A DNA stretch of 62,568 nt, counting the filler, from Nemertoderma westbladi (Eukaryota; Animalia; Xenacoelomorpha): assembly GCA_032718475.1 (NCBI GenBank). It is 3 parts of 3 records of this genome, joined end to end, with 100 filler letters (N's around TTAATTAATTAA, not from the genome) between each part and the next. Parts side by side here need not be neighbours in the genome. Positions count along the whole stretch, not along the records: positions 26,408 to 56,139 come from JAUCBJ010006882.1; 2 more parts are not named here. The stretch is one strand, 5' to 3'. Position 1 is the stretch's first letter. Each line of letters begins with the position of its first letter. Both the position numbers and the translations under genes were made by a program. Shown here in pieces: positions 38,157 to 47,700 of the stretch. Under the pieces are notes generated by a model. It ran no database searches. It had not been told where the DNA came from and worked only from the letters and a program-made list of their open reading frames with translations.

Positions 38157-41100
38157 TTACGTTGGGGAGTCCCTAGATGTTTGTTGGATTAGGGAGGTGG
38201 TCGTGGGAAGAGTATCTTGCCTTCCATAGTTTCCGGAGAGTTCTCTGTCTCTTTCCAGTAAACATAAACGACCAACTGGGCGGTTGAGTTGCTGCGTCTC
38301 GAAGACAATTCCCGGTTTCTTAAAGTTACGTCGCATGACGACGAGTTCTACCGATCGCACCAAACCATCATCCGAGATATGAGTCTCGATGATACGACCT
38401 GTCTGCCACCGCTTACGTGGAAGATCTGAATCCACAATAAGGACCATGTCTCCGGCGCTGACGTTTTCTTGCTGCGCAAACCACTTAGTTCGAAGTTGTA
38501 GCGTAGGCAGATAATGTTTTTCGAAATGGTCAGCGAAACGACGGGATAACAACTGCATAAGTTGCCAAGTTTGCCGGCAGTATTCGTCTCCATCCGTGAT
38601 TTCCGATCGTGGGAGCATGGCTACAGGTTTCTTCAGTAGGAAGTGCGCGGGTGTTAGCGCTTCCAGGGAATCGGGACTCGATGAGACTGGCATAAGCGGT
38701 CTCTCGTTGAGATAGGCAGCGATTTCCTCCATTAACGTCCGCAAAAGTTCGTCGGTGAGATACGCGCGGCACGGCACTATAAAGTGAAATGCGGTCTTCA
38801 CGCTCCTGATTAATCTTTCCCAACTTCCTCCCCACCAAGGGCCGTCGGCGGCGTTGAAGGTCCAGCTAGACGCTGTTACCCTTAGCTGATCGTCCACCTG
38901 TCTTTGGTTCCAATCTTTGACGTAAGCCTTGATTTCATTGTTGGCGCCAATGAAGTTCGTTCCCTTATCAGATCTCATCGTGTTACTAGTTCCAAAGCGA
39001 GCGATCTGTCGGCGTAAGCTCAATAGGAAGCTATTGGTAGATAAATCGTTCACCATATCGAGATGGATAGCTCTACAAGTCATACAGACAAAGATGACAC
39101 ACCATCTCTTGACTATAGTCCTAGCACGATATACTTCAATAGGGCCAAATAAATCCACACCGGTATTTGTGAAGGGAGGTTCATAGAAGCTTACTCGTTC
39201 CCTAGGTAATTCTGCCTCTCGCTGTGTTAAAGGCCTACTGAATGCTTTCCTACAGGGTATGCAGTTCCTAAGATCTTGGTTCAGAGCTCTACGGGGTTTA
39301 TGAAAATAATAGCGAGTTCGAATTTCGCTAAGAACTCGTTCTCTACCAGCATGATAAAGCTTACTGTGAACATCTACAATCATCTTGATTTGTATTTCAA
39401 GATTTCTAATGAGTATGGGAAACTTAGTGTCAAAGGATAATGGAGCATTAGTTAGTTTTCCTCCAACGCGTATTAACCCATCTATCATTGTGCTAGAGAA
39501 ACGATCCCTCAAGCACATCTGTGGATTTCTCAACAACAGGAAATACTTATCGGAATCCTCATAGCATTGCAGGAGTTTCAGTATCTGCTTATTGGTTTCT
39601 TCATGCTCCTGGTAGCTGATCTTCCCCTTCAGGAATCTGTCTGATATCTTGTATTTGGGAAGATCTTTAACAACATGGACCTGCGCAGATGTCAGTGGAG
39701 CGGTATCACTAGCGGTCTTCGTCCTGGAGTTGTGATGATGAAAACATCGCTTTAAATATGTAACGGCCTTACAAAGCCCATTCCATGAGCTATAGTGATG
39801 TATCGCACTCTGCAGGAGTGGTGAGAGTCCCTGCGAGACGTCTGGCGTTCCAGATTTCCAATCTCTCTCTCTGATTTCCACAACAGACTTATTTGTGGCG
39901 GGGGATTGTGGATCCAAAGCATCATCTCCGGAAACGTGTAGTACAGACAGATCTATCGCGGGTTTAAATAACTTCGATTTACTTGTCCGGGTTTTAGGTT
40001 TGACTTTCTCCGCTCTCTTGGCTTGTCTAATCTCAGCCGTGGTAAGATGAGGAGGCCATTCATCCTCTTCCTTGCTTAGGAAGTCGGGTCCACCTAACCA
40101 GTCTGGAGTATCTATCAGTTCCTGTGGAGTGGCTCCTCTGGAGGCGATGTCGGCTGGATTAATCGTCCCGGGGCAATGTCTCCATTGATCTATCTTCGTA
40201 CGACTAAGTATAATGGCTACTCTGTTGGTAACGAAGACGCTGAACTGACAAACTTCATTGGTTATATACTCCAACACGAGTAAAGCATCGGTCCAATAGA
40301 CAGTTTTCTCCAGTGGATAGTCGATCTGTTCTGTTACATTCCGGCTGATGGCTGTAGCGTATAGAGCCGCTTTTAACTCCGCTCGAGGAACTTTCAACTT
40401 GTTGTTTATCAAGGCCTTAGAGGTAACCAAGGCGACCTTAATTCCATCCGGAGTTTCAACCCTCAGGTAGGCTACTATACCTATTCCCATATCACTGGCG
40501 TCTCCAAATACATGGAGTTGATAGGAATACGTGGGGAGAACATGACCAAAATAAGAACGGGAAATCGTAAAATTCTCGATGGATGGTAAAGAATCTTCCC
40601 ATTTCATCCACTTCTTTAATAGTTCTCCCTTAAGTGGATCGTCCCACGAGTGGTTTTCAAGCCACATTTGTTGTACTAAACTCCGAGCAATCAATATAAC
40701 TGGGCTAATAAATCCCAATGGATCGAAATAAGTGCTCAGGATACTTAGACAAATCCGTTTAGTCCGAACTGGATTATCTCGCTGCTTTAGCTGGAAAAAC
40801 AGGATATCTCTCTCTGTGTCCCATTTCAAACCAAGCGTCTTGGTTTCTGGAAGATCGTCCTTGATTAGGTCTAGATCTTTAACTCCTTGGTCTTCTACCG
40901 GGATCGATTCCAGAAACTCACGGGAGTTGCTGGTGAATTTAGTTAATCGAAATCCACCTCTTTTTAAGCACTCTACCGTTCCTTTGGCGACATCAATGGC
41001 TTCTTCCACCGATGGGAGGGACTTTAAATTGTCGTCCATATATATATCCCGTTTGATGTTGTCAATAACCTCTTTAGAGAAGGCGTCCCGGTTGTCATCA

Positions 41101-41384
41101 GCAGTGGTACGCACTATTGAGCACGCGTTTGAGGGGCTCGAGAAGATCCCAAAAGCCTGGATGGTCATCCAGTACTCCACCGGTTTCTGGTTGAGGTCTC
41201 CTTCAGGCCACCACAGAAATCGTAGGCTGTCTCGATCCCTATCCAGCGCTTTAACTTGTAAGAACATGCCTTCTATATCGCAGGCGAAAGCGATTGAATA
41301 TTGTCGTAATCTTAAGAGTATTCCCAACAAGGATTGGAGTAAGTTGGGTCCTGGCAACAACTCGGAGTTGAGGGATTGGCCCAT
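38157..41384 (-). CDS. BEL Pol RT-RNaseH-integrase (frameshifted fragment)
   Basis: LLPGPNL, CDIEGMFLQV, YMDD, HVFGDAS, NPADIASRG, GVDLFGP, SDKGTNF, WERLIRS, LTPAHFL and a DUF5641-like tail. Confidence 0.95.
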   Translation of the reverse strand: MGQSLNSELLPGPNLLQSLLGILLRLRQYSIAFACDIEGMFLQVKALDRDRDSLRFLWWPEGDLNQKPVEYWMTIQAFGIFSSPSNACSIVRTTADDNRDAFSKEVIDNIKRDIYMDDNLKSLPSVEEAIDVAKGTVECLKRGGFRLTKFTSNSREFLESIPVEDQGVKDLDLIKDDLPETKTLGLKWDTERDILFFQLKQRDNPVRTKRICLSILSTYFDPLGFISPVILIARSLVQQMWLENHSWDDPLKGELLKKWMKWEDSLPSIENFTISRSYFGHVLPTYSYQLHVFGDASDMGIGIVAYLRVETPDGIKVALVTSKALINNKLKVPRAELKAALYATAISRNVTEQIDYPLEKTVYWTDALLVLEYITNEVCQFSVFVTNRVAIILSRTKIDQWRHCPGTINPADIASRGATPQELIDTPDWLGGPDFLSKEEDEWPPHLTTAEIRQAKRAEKVKPKTRTSKSKLFKPAIDLSVLHVSGDDALDPQSPATNKSVVEIRERDWKSGTPDVSQGLSPLLQSAIHHYSSWNGLCKAVTYLKRCFHHHNSRTKTASDTAPLTSAQVHVVKDLPKYKISDRFLKGKISYQEHEETNKQILKLLQCYEDSDKYFLLLRNPQMCLRDRFSSTMIDGLIRVGGKLTNAPLSFDTKFPILIRNLEIQIKMIVDVHSKLYHAGRERVLSEIRTRYYFHKPRRALNQDLRNCIPCRKAFSRPLTQREAELPRERVSFYEPPFTNTGVDLFGPIEVYRARTIVKRWCVIFVCMTCRAIHLDMVNDLSTNSFLLSLRRQIARFGTSNTMRSDKGTNFIGANNEIKAYVKDWNQRQVDDQLRVTASSWTFNAADGPWWGGSWERLIRSVKTAFHFIVPCRAYLTDELLRTLMEEIAAYLNERPLMPVSSSPDSLEALTPAHFLLKKPVAMLPRSEITDGDEYCRQTWQLMQLLSRRFADHFEKHYLPTLQLRTKWFAQQENVSAGDMVLIVDSDLPRKRWQTGRIIETHISDDGLVRSVELVVMRRNFKKPGIVFETQQLNRPVGRLCLLERDRELSGNYGRQDTLPTTTSLIQQTSRDSPT

Positions 41385-41407
41385 GTAGAGGGCGGAGCCG
41401 TCAAATA

Positions 41408-42793
41408 CTACCGGACTTCGTTGGGTTTACTGGGTTTGGGAACGTAATGATGTGTTAAATAGTACGTTCTCTCAGTTATGGGTTTTCCTTCCGGTACTCG
41501 CTCCGCATATCCCTTGTCAATGAATTTCTTCAGCTGTGTCTTGTACATCTCTTTAGCTGAAGCATTTGCCGTAAGGCGTCGATGTAATTGCGCGATTCTT
41601 TTCTCCGCCAAGGGTCGGTTGTTTATAAAATTAGGTTCTCGCCATCGGAAAGGCAGACCAATCTCATATCTACCTTGATCTTTAAGAAAACGTGTAGTTG
41701 TTTCCTGTATCTGCTTGGCTCTTTCTTCTTCTACCGATAGGGCCTTATCGTAGGAATTGGGCTCTACAGCCTCTTGAGTAAAGAATCGTACGGCGTGTTC
41801 ATCACGAGTCTTCGCGTTGTAGCGATCTATCACTTCATTCAGTTCGCCGTTGTAGTCGACTTGTTCTGCTGGATGAATGAGGTGACATAGGTTCACTTGG
41901 TTTTGCCAAGTTTCATTTTCCGTAAGGAGGTCGATGGTATTCTCCTCGTCGAAGAGTTGGTGGATATCGTCATTATCTGAGGAGTATGGTGTTCCCTCAG
42001 TTGGGTCGTCTCCCTCACTGATCTCCTCATCCCATTCACTCACCTGGTAGACCCGTTCTTTGGGTAGCCTTTCCATGAGAGTTCTACGGGAAGGTCCAGT
42101 AAAGTACCAACCTACTCTAGTTCTTCCCGCATAGGTTTGCAGTGGTTGCGGTTGAGCAGGCCATTTCTCCAATGTCTCAAGCGCCTCATGCGCATTTTGG
42201 CCGATGAGTATTTGCACTCCCGGGTAGTCTGTGTTGAATCTAGGTATCTTATGCTGCTGGGTGAAATCGTCCTCATCCCAGTTATAAGGTTCCACTTGGC
42301 TGGTAGCGAAGTTCTTTATCGCCACCATTTTTACTGACCTTATACTGTGTTCTCCTAGTTCATCCTGGGGGGTGGACAACGCGCCTACATAGTAATCTGT
42401 AGTTACTGTAGATTTCCAAACCTGCATAATTCCTGACATGTTCAACTTAGTTCGGAACTTGGGTTGTCCAACAAAGATGTCTTCGGCTAGTTCTTTGTCG
42501 ATGAATGTTCCTGTGCTGCCGGAGTCAAGGAGGGCGTTCACTATATAGCTCTTGTCTGGCCCGTGGACTCTCAACTGCACTACGGGAAATTCTCGGATTC
42601 CTACGTTGGAAGTTGGTGCTTTCCAAGATGGTTGTCGGACAGGAGTAGTTAGGGGGAGCTCACTATCGGTTTCTTTCTCATACGTAAGTGCTCGATACAC
42701 TGCGGTATTTATTAGGTAACAGGATTCGTTTTCGTTGGAGAATTCATCCGTATAGAATCCTTCCATCTCAGAACTTTGGTCAGTGTCGTTCAC
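41408..42793 (-). pseudogene. BEL protease region fragment
   Basis: VNALLDSGST, ILIGQN, GRYEIGLPF, YYLTHHYV. Frameshift to RT near 41400. Confidence 0.9.
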
Positions 42794-42862
42794 ATCACTG
42801 AATTGGACATGTAATTCGGACTCACTTACCTGACTCGGGCTGTTTCTTTCGAATTCAGTGTG

Positions 42863-43861
42863 CTACAAGATATGATGTTTCGCGCCGCACTTAGCACACC
42901 TAGCATCTGAGTAACAGGTTCGCCGTTGGTGTCCTTGTCTGAGGCAATTATAACACAACCGCTTATCCCACATGACTTCACGTCTATCTTTTAGTGATTT
43001 CTTTAAAAATTCATCACACACACTCAAACGGTGGGGCCCGTCGCACAGTGCACATTTCGGTTTGATGTTACTTACTTTACATTGGGTAACGTTGTGCACA
43101 CTTGTTCTTTCCTCGGGCTTTCTTCCGTGAACTCTCTTAGGAGACGTAGGAGGAGTTTTTGTTACCTGTTCTCTCCTGTCACTAGTTCGAGACTTAAATT
43201 TACTTACGTCTTTAGTTGATTTGTTGACATAGTAAGATCAGATAATCTTCCTGTTGCCCTCCTCTTGAGAGGCCTGGCTTTCACCGTCGTCTGTATAACA
43301 CACTGGTGTTACCTTTCTCCTAGAAACGGGTTTCTCACTCACCTTATTTTCCGGTGTCTTCTCCCTGGACTGCTTTAGGAGCTGTAATTTTACCTCTCCA
43401 TCTAAGAATGACATGAGATCAGCCATGGTAGGGTCTCTTCGTTGTTGTTCCATCATATATAAGACTTTCTTGTCCCAGCGTGTACCTACTCCACCCTTTG
43501 GCAAAGTAGATGCTACGGCTCCAATAACCATAGAACTCTGATATTCATGAGACTTACCTAGCCAATCTAATTGTCTACAGATCTCCTGAATCTCATCGGA
43601 AAACTCTATAATCCCGCTGCTAATGAACTTTCTGGGCGCTACCAATTTTGCATACAAATACCTAGCTATGTTATTCCTATTACCATACCTGATGTTTAGT
43701 GTATTCCAAACTTGTCTTAATCCATCTGGATGTCCAATAAACTTTAACGCCATTAACTTGGGAGATCCTTCCAAGCACTCGATGAGGAATCTAAGTTTCT
43801 CTCCATTAGATAGCACAGAGTTCTGTATGTTATCTTTATAATATTCATTAAAAGGTAACCA
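42863..43861 (-). pseudogene. BEL Gag C-terminal part with three Cys/His knuckles
   Basis: CALCDGPHRLSVC, CYNCLRQGHQRRTC, CAKCGAKHHIL; stops/frameshifts at 43238 and 42863. Confidence 0.9.
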
Positions 43862-44198
43862 ATTCAATTCAATTCTGTTTAATCATTTAAAATGACATTG
43901 ATGACGCACACATAAATAAAAATGGCGCAGATGCCATATAATAAAATAAGAGATAACACAGTTAATTTAAAATATGTCGTATCGGGACGATCAGTAAAAC
44001 GTGGAATAGCTGTTGAATATAAACAAAACACGTAATTAATGCACCGACTCCACCGACAGGTAAGATTACACGACACCCCACCTCCAATGGACAGTCAAAC
44101 AAGACAGAGCTTTGACAATTTAGTTATGAGTTGGTTACTATCGGCGCAGATTGAAGGAAAAAATATATAGTACAATACGGCTATACGTCTGCAATGGG

Positions 44199-47100
44199 TT
44201 AAATTATGTTGAAATATCGTAAGATTCGGTCGTGTCTCGCAGTGAAGGAGGATTGAGGAGAGCTGTAGCAGCTTTCTATGAAGTCCCTTTTTGACCGTTC
44301 TGTGACAGTTAGTGACCCTCCCTCTAGTCTCGATAACAGGGCGTGTTTGCTGTAAGTATAGGTAAGTATGGATGACATGTCCGGCATAGGGAAGTATACA
44401 CAGGATTTAGAGTATGAGCTTGCAAGGCCAGCATACGAGCATATGACAGCTGAATTGGTGAGAATTGCAGTTCTCAAGATGGGCTGTAGGATCATGTTCG
44501 GGCATGTTGTACATCTCAATATGGTGCCAATTGCTGCCCTGAAGGCTTCTGTTGATATCGGACGACAGTTGAGGAGGCTGTATACTATTTGATTGCTCGC
44601 GTATGTTCCTAAATGGAGAATTCCACGCAGCGCTTTACGATAATAAATGTCCAGCTGTGCTGCCTCGGACTGAGACAGAGACCCAATGATGAATTTCATT
44701 GAATAAGTTAGTATTGGAACTGCAATCGAATTCCACATATGACCCAGTGTCTTTGTGCCAAGCCAACGCACAGTCCAGCTGTTCCTGTGGAAGGTGTCCG
44801 CTACCGAAGCAATAGTGCGTATGCAGAATCCTAAGTTGTTCCCTTCGGGGGTGAATTTGTAGCCGAGAAAGGTCATGGACTGTTCGGAAGGTATTAGATT
44901 GCCGTTTGCTGTTAGAAATGTTGGGGTCTCCTTTGAGCTGTGGCCCTGACCGGGAAAGAAGGTCCACTTCGTTTTGCTGCTTTGAATGTCAAGGTCTACG
45001 TCTTTTAGTTCGTTGGTAATGATATTGATTAGCTGTTCCACCTCTAGTGTTGATTTGGCTGTAATTAGAATATCGTCAGCAAATGCTACGACGCCTAGCC
45101 ATATGTCGTTGATCCTAAATCCGTACCCTTTATTGTCTATCGCCCGCAGAGCGTCCCCTGTGTATAAGTTAAAGAGCAGCGGAGAGAGTAGGGAGCCCTG
45201 TTTGACTCCTTTTGACATGGGAATACCGACCAGTTCTATGATAGGGCCAAATTTTAGATGCGCCACTGTACAGGTGTAGTACGCCAGTAGGGATAGGCAA
45301 ATGTGTGGGTTCAAAATATCTTTAAGCTTCTCGAAGAGGATCACGAAATTCACATTGTCAAAAGCGGCGGTTATGTCGAGCTGACACATGTAGATTGATT
45401 CCCCGGATGTTCGCTGATGCTCTATGCATTCGAGAATGGCTCCTAGCAGTAGGTCTGGGCCGATCCTCTGTTGGTATGCAAACTGGTTTGGCGGCACCAG
45501 TTGTTTAGAGGTGATAAATTCGTGGAGAACGATAGCCTCAAACATCTTGGCGAAAATACTGACAGTGGCAATTGGCCGGTACGAGGGGCATAGGAGTGGA
45601 TTTCGGCCCTTTCCTTTGTACAAGTGGGTAATTATTGTTTCTCCGAAGAGCTTGGGGACTTCTCCTAGTATAAAGCAGGCATTGATTATGTTTGCTAGAA
45701 TTGGACATATGAGGTCTGCATCAAGGATGATGAATTGTTCTACGACAAGGGATGCTATGTCAGGGGCCTTGCCTTTTGATAGATGTGAAAGTGCCTTCCA
45801 AACCATTGAGGGAGATACTGTTGGGATGTCTGCTGATTTGCATTTCTCTCTAAGTTCCTGCTGCAGTCTCCGTACCTGGGGATCTGTATCCTTGTTTGCC
45901 AGATGTTCATCATTGAGTTTGTCTCTAATATTCTCCTGGACACTTGATGGTGGAATTATGGATGATTTGTTTTTGAATTTATCCCAGAAATGTTTCGGAT
46001 CTTTGTGAAGGAGAGTTGAGTTCCTATGGACGTCGTTTGCAACTAAGTTGTGGGAGAGCCAGTTTTTAAGCCGTCGCACTGAGCGTCGTGACTCTTTGAA
46101 TGCGCCTTTCAGAACACTATCGCTGTCCTTGTCCTGCTTGCACCACATCTTATAAAGCTCCTTAGTTGTTTTAGACCTTTCCTGAAGAATAGTCGACCGT
46201 ATTCTAATGTTTTTGGAGAGCTTGAATTTCTTGCGTAAAGGCAGTGTGGATACTGCAGACTGGAAGATGATATCCTGAAGGCTGTTGGAATATTCATCCA
46301 GGTTTGTGTAGGTCCATTCGGTGATGGGCACTCTTGACTTAGCCTGCAGTTCTTGAATACCTTCACCAACGAGCCTGTTGTACGTAATGACATTGTCCGC
46401 TGAGACCTTGTCCCATGCGAATTTAGTTAAGTGTACGCTTTTCCTTGTGGTGTTGTTGTCTAAAGTGGGTGGGACTTGTATGTCAAAGTTTACAAGAACT
46501 GGAACATGATCGGAGGAATTGTTAATGGGATCTGATTCGAGTATCTTGCCATGTGTGACCATTTCAATGCCATGGGTCATATCAGTTAAAACGTGGTCTA
46601 TATAGGAGCTGCCATTTCCACGAAAAGTTATAGAAAAGTTATAGGGACCTGTAAATTTCGATGATGTGTCAGCAGCGCAGAGATTATTTGAGTGTAGAAA
46701 GTTATTAAGTTGAGTCCCTCTTGGGGTGGCACTGTGTCTCTGAAATCGTGGTCCTTGTAGGGGGCCAAGATCGCCATTGGTGTCACAGAGAATGATTGGT
46801 GTGGCATTGAGGTTTGCCTCGAGTATTCCCTCCAACCTTCCAAGGAAATCATTGTATATAGATGAATCTTTGCTGATGTCAGGGGCATAACATGAAAGGA
46901 TCAGTAGTGGGTTACTCTGCCCATGCAAACTCCCTCTGATTCCTACAATATCGTCGCCAGAGTGGATAGGGGAAATGTCTTTGAGTAGGTCAGCCTGGTA
47001 CCAGAGCGCTACGCCACCTGCACCACGCCGCCTGTTTGGGTTTACCATCAAATGTGATATTGAGTATTCGCAGTCAAATTTGTTGTGTAGGTTGTTGAGT

Positions 47101-47294
47101 AGCACCTTCGCCTCTATTGAGTCGAGCCAGTGTTCCTGAACAGCCAATATTTCCACAGCAGATAAAATGTTGGAGATGTAGTCCATGCTCGTATTAAATC
47201 CCCTGCAGTTGTATGTGGCCATTCGAAGGGATTTAACATGGGGAATTGGATGCTGGTGGGGGGTGTCATTTTGGTTAAATATGTTGCCTCTCAC
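44199..47294 (-). CDS. LINE ORF2: AP endonuclease + reverse transcriptase, intact
   Basis: TYNCRG, VQEHWL, GGVAL, DTNGD, YIDHV, SDHVPV; SYRPI, QFAY, LDITAAFD, GVKQGSLLSP, AFADD, FLG. Confidence 0.95.
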   Translation of the reverse strand: MRGNIFNQNDTPHQHPIPHVKSLRMATYNCRGFNTSMDYISNILSAVEILAVQEHWLDSIEAKVLLNNLHNKFDCEYSISHLMVNPNRRRGAGGVALWYQADLLKDISPIHSGDDIVGIRGSLHGQSNPLLILSCYAPDISKDSSIYNDFLGRLEGILEANLNATPIILCDTNGDLGPLQGPRFQRHSATPRGTQLNNFLHSNNLCAADTSSKFTGPYNFSITFRGNGSSYIDHVLTDMTHGIEMVTHGKILESDPINNSSDHVPVLVNFDIQVPPTLDNNTTRKSVHLTKFAWDKVSADNVITYNRLVGEGIQELQAKSRVPITEWTYTNLDEYSNSLQDIIFQSAVSTLPLRKKFKLSKNIRIRSTILQERSKTTKELYKMWCKQDKDSDSVLKGAFKESRRSVRRLKNWLSHNLVANDVHRNSTLLHKDPKHFWDKFKNKSSIIPPSSVQENIRDKLNDEHLANKDTDPQVRRLQQELREKCKSADIPTVSPSMVWKALSHLSKGKAPDIASLVVEQFIILDADLICPILANIINACFILGEVPKLFGETIITHLYKGKGRNPLLCPSYRPIATVSIFAKMFEAIVLHEFITSKQLVPPNQFAYQQRIGPDLLLGAILECIEHQRTSGESIYMCQLDITAAFDNVNFVILFEKLKDILNPHICLSLLAYYTCTVAHLKFGPIIELVGIPMSKGVKQGSLLSPLLFNLYTGDALRAIDNKGYGFRINDIWLGVVAFADDILITAKSTLEVEQLINIITNELKDVDLDIQSSKTKWTFFPGQGHSSKETPTFLTANGNLIPSEQSMTFLGYKFTPEGNNLGFCIRTIASVADTFHRNSWTVRWLGTKTLGHMWNSIAVPILTYSMKFIIGSLSQSEAAQLDIYYRKALRGILHLGTYASNQIVYSLLNCRPISTEAFRAAIGTILRCTTCPNMILQPILRTAILTNSAVICSYAGLASSYSKSCVYFPMPDMSSILTYTYSKHALLSRLEGGSLTVTERSKRDFIESCYSSPQSSFTARHDRILRYFNII

Positions 47295-47700
47295 GGTGGG
47301 CCCCTACATGTCCATAGCTGTGTGCATGGCGGGTTGTGGTGACTGTATTTGTAGTTTTCTGGGATTTCCACTGGCAACATTTGATGCTGGGGTGCCAGAA
47401 GTCTGGGCTGCACATGATATCCGAATGTACGCTATCTACTGTTAACCGCATGTTTTGCCATGAGTTGTGATGCCAGACCTTAGTGTAGTGGACTTTAATG
47501 TCTCTGGTACATAGAAACTCTTCTACGTCTTTAGTACTGAAGTTTTTCTTAATTCCTGTTATGAACATGTATGCATAAGGGGGTTGAGGTCTGTTACCCG
47601 ATTGATAGGTACCTCTGGTGCTGGCAGGTTCATGGTTTGTGTTGCTGGTCCCATTGCTTGGTCGGAGGAAGCCTTGGTTATCTTCTCTTGTTACTGACTC
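47275..47700 (-). CDS. LINE ORF1 C-terminal RRM-like segment (shifted frame)
   Basis: YMFITGIKKNFSTKDVEEFL...MRLTVD...PDFWHPSIKCCQW, resembling the ORF1 C-terminus of CR1/L2/RTE-X-group LINEs. Confidence 0.7.
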   Translation of the reverse strand, partial: ESVTREDNQGFLRPSNGTSNTNHEPASTRGTYQSGNRPQPPYAYMFITGIKKNFSTKDVEEFLCTRDIKVHYTKVWHHNSWQNMRLTVDSVHSDIMCSPDFWHPSIKCCQWKSQKTTNTVTTTRHAHSYGHVGAHRERQHI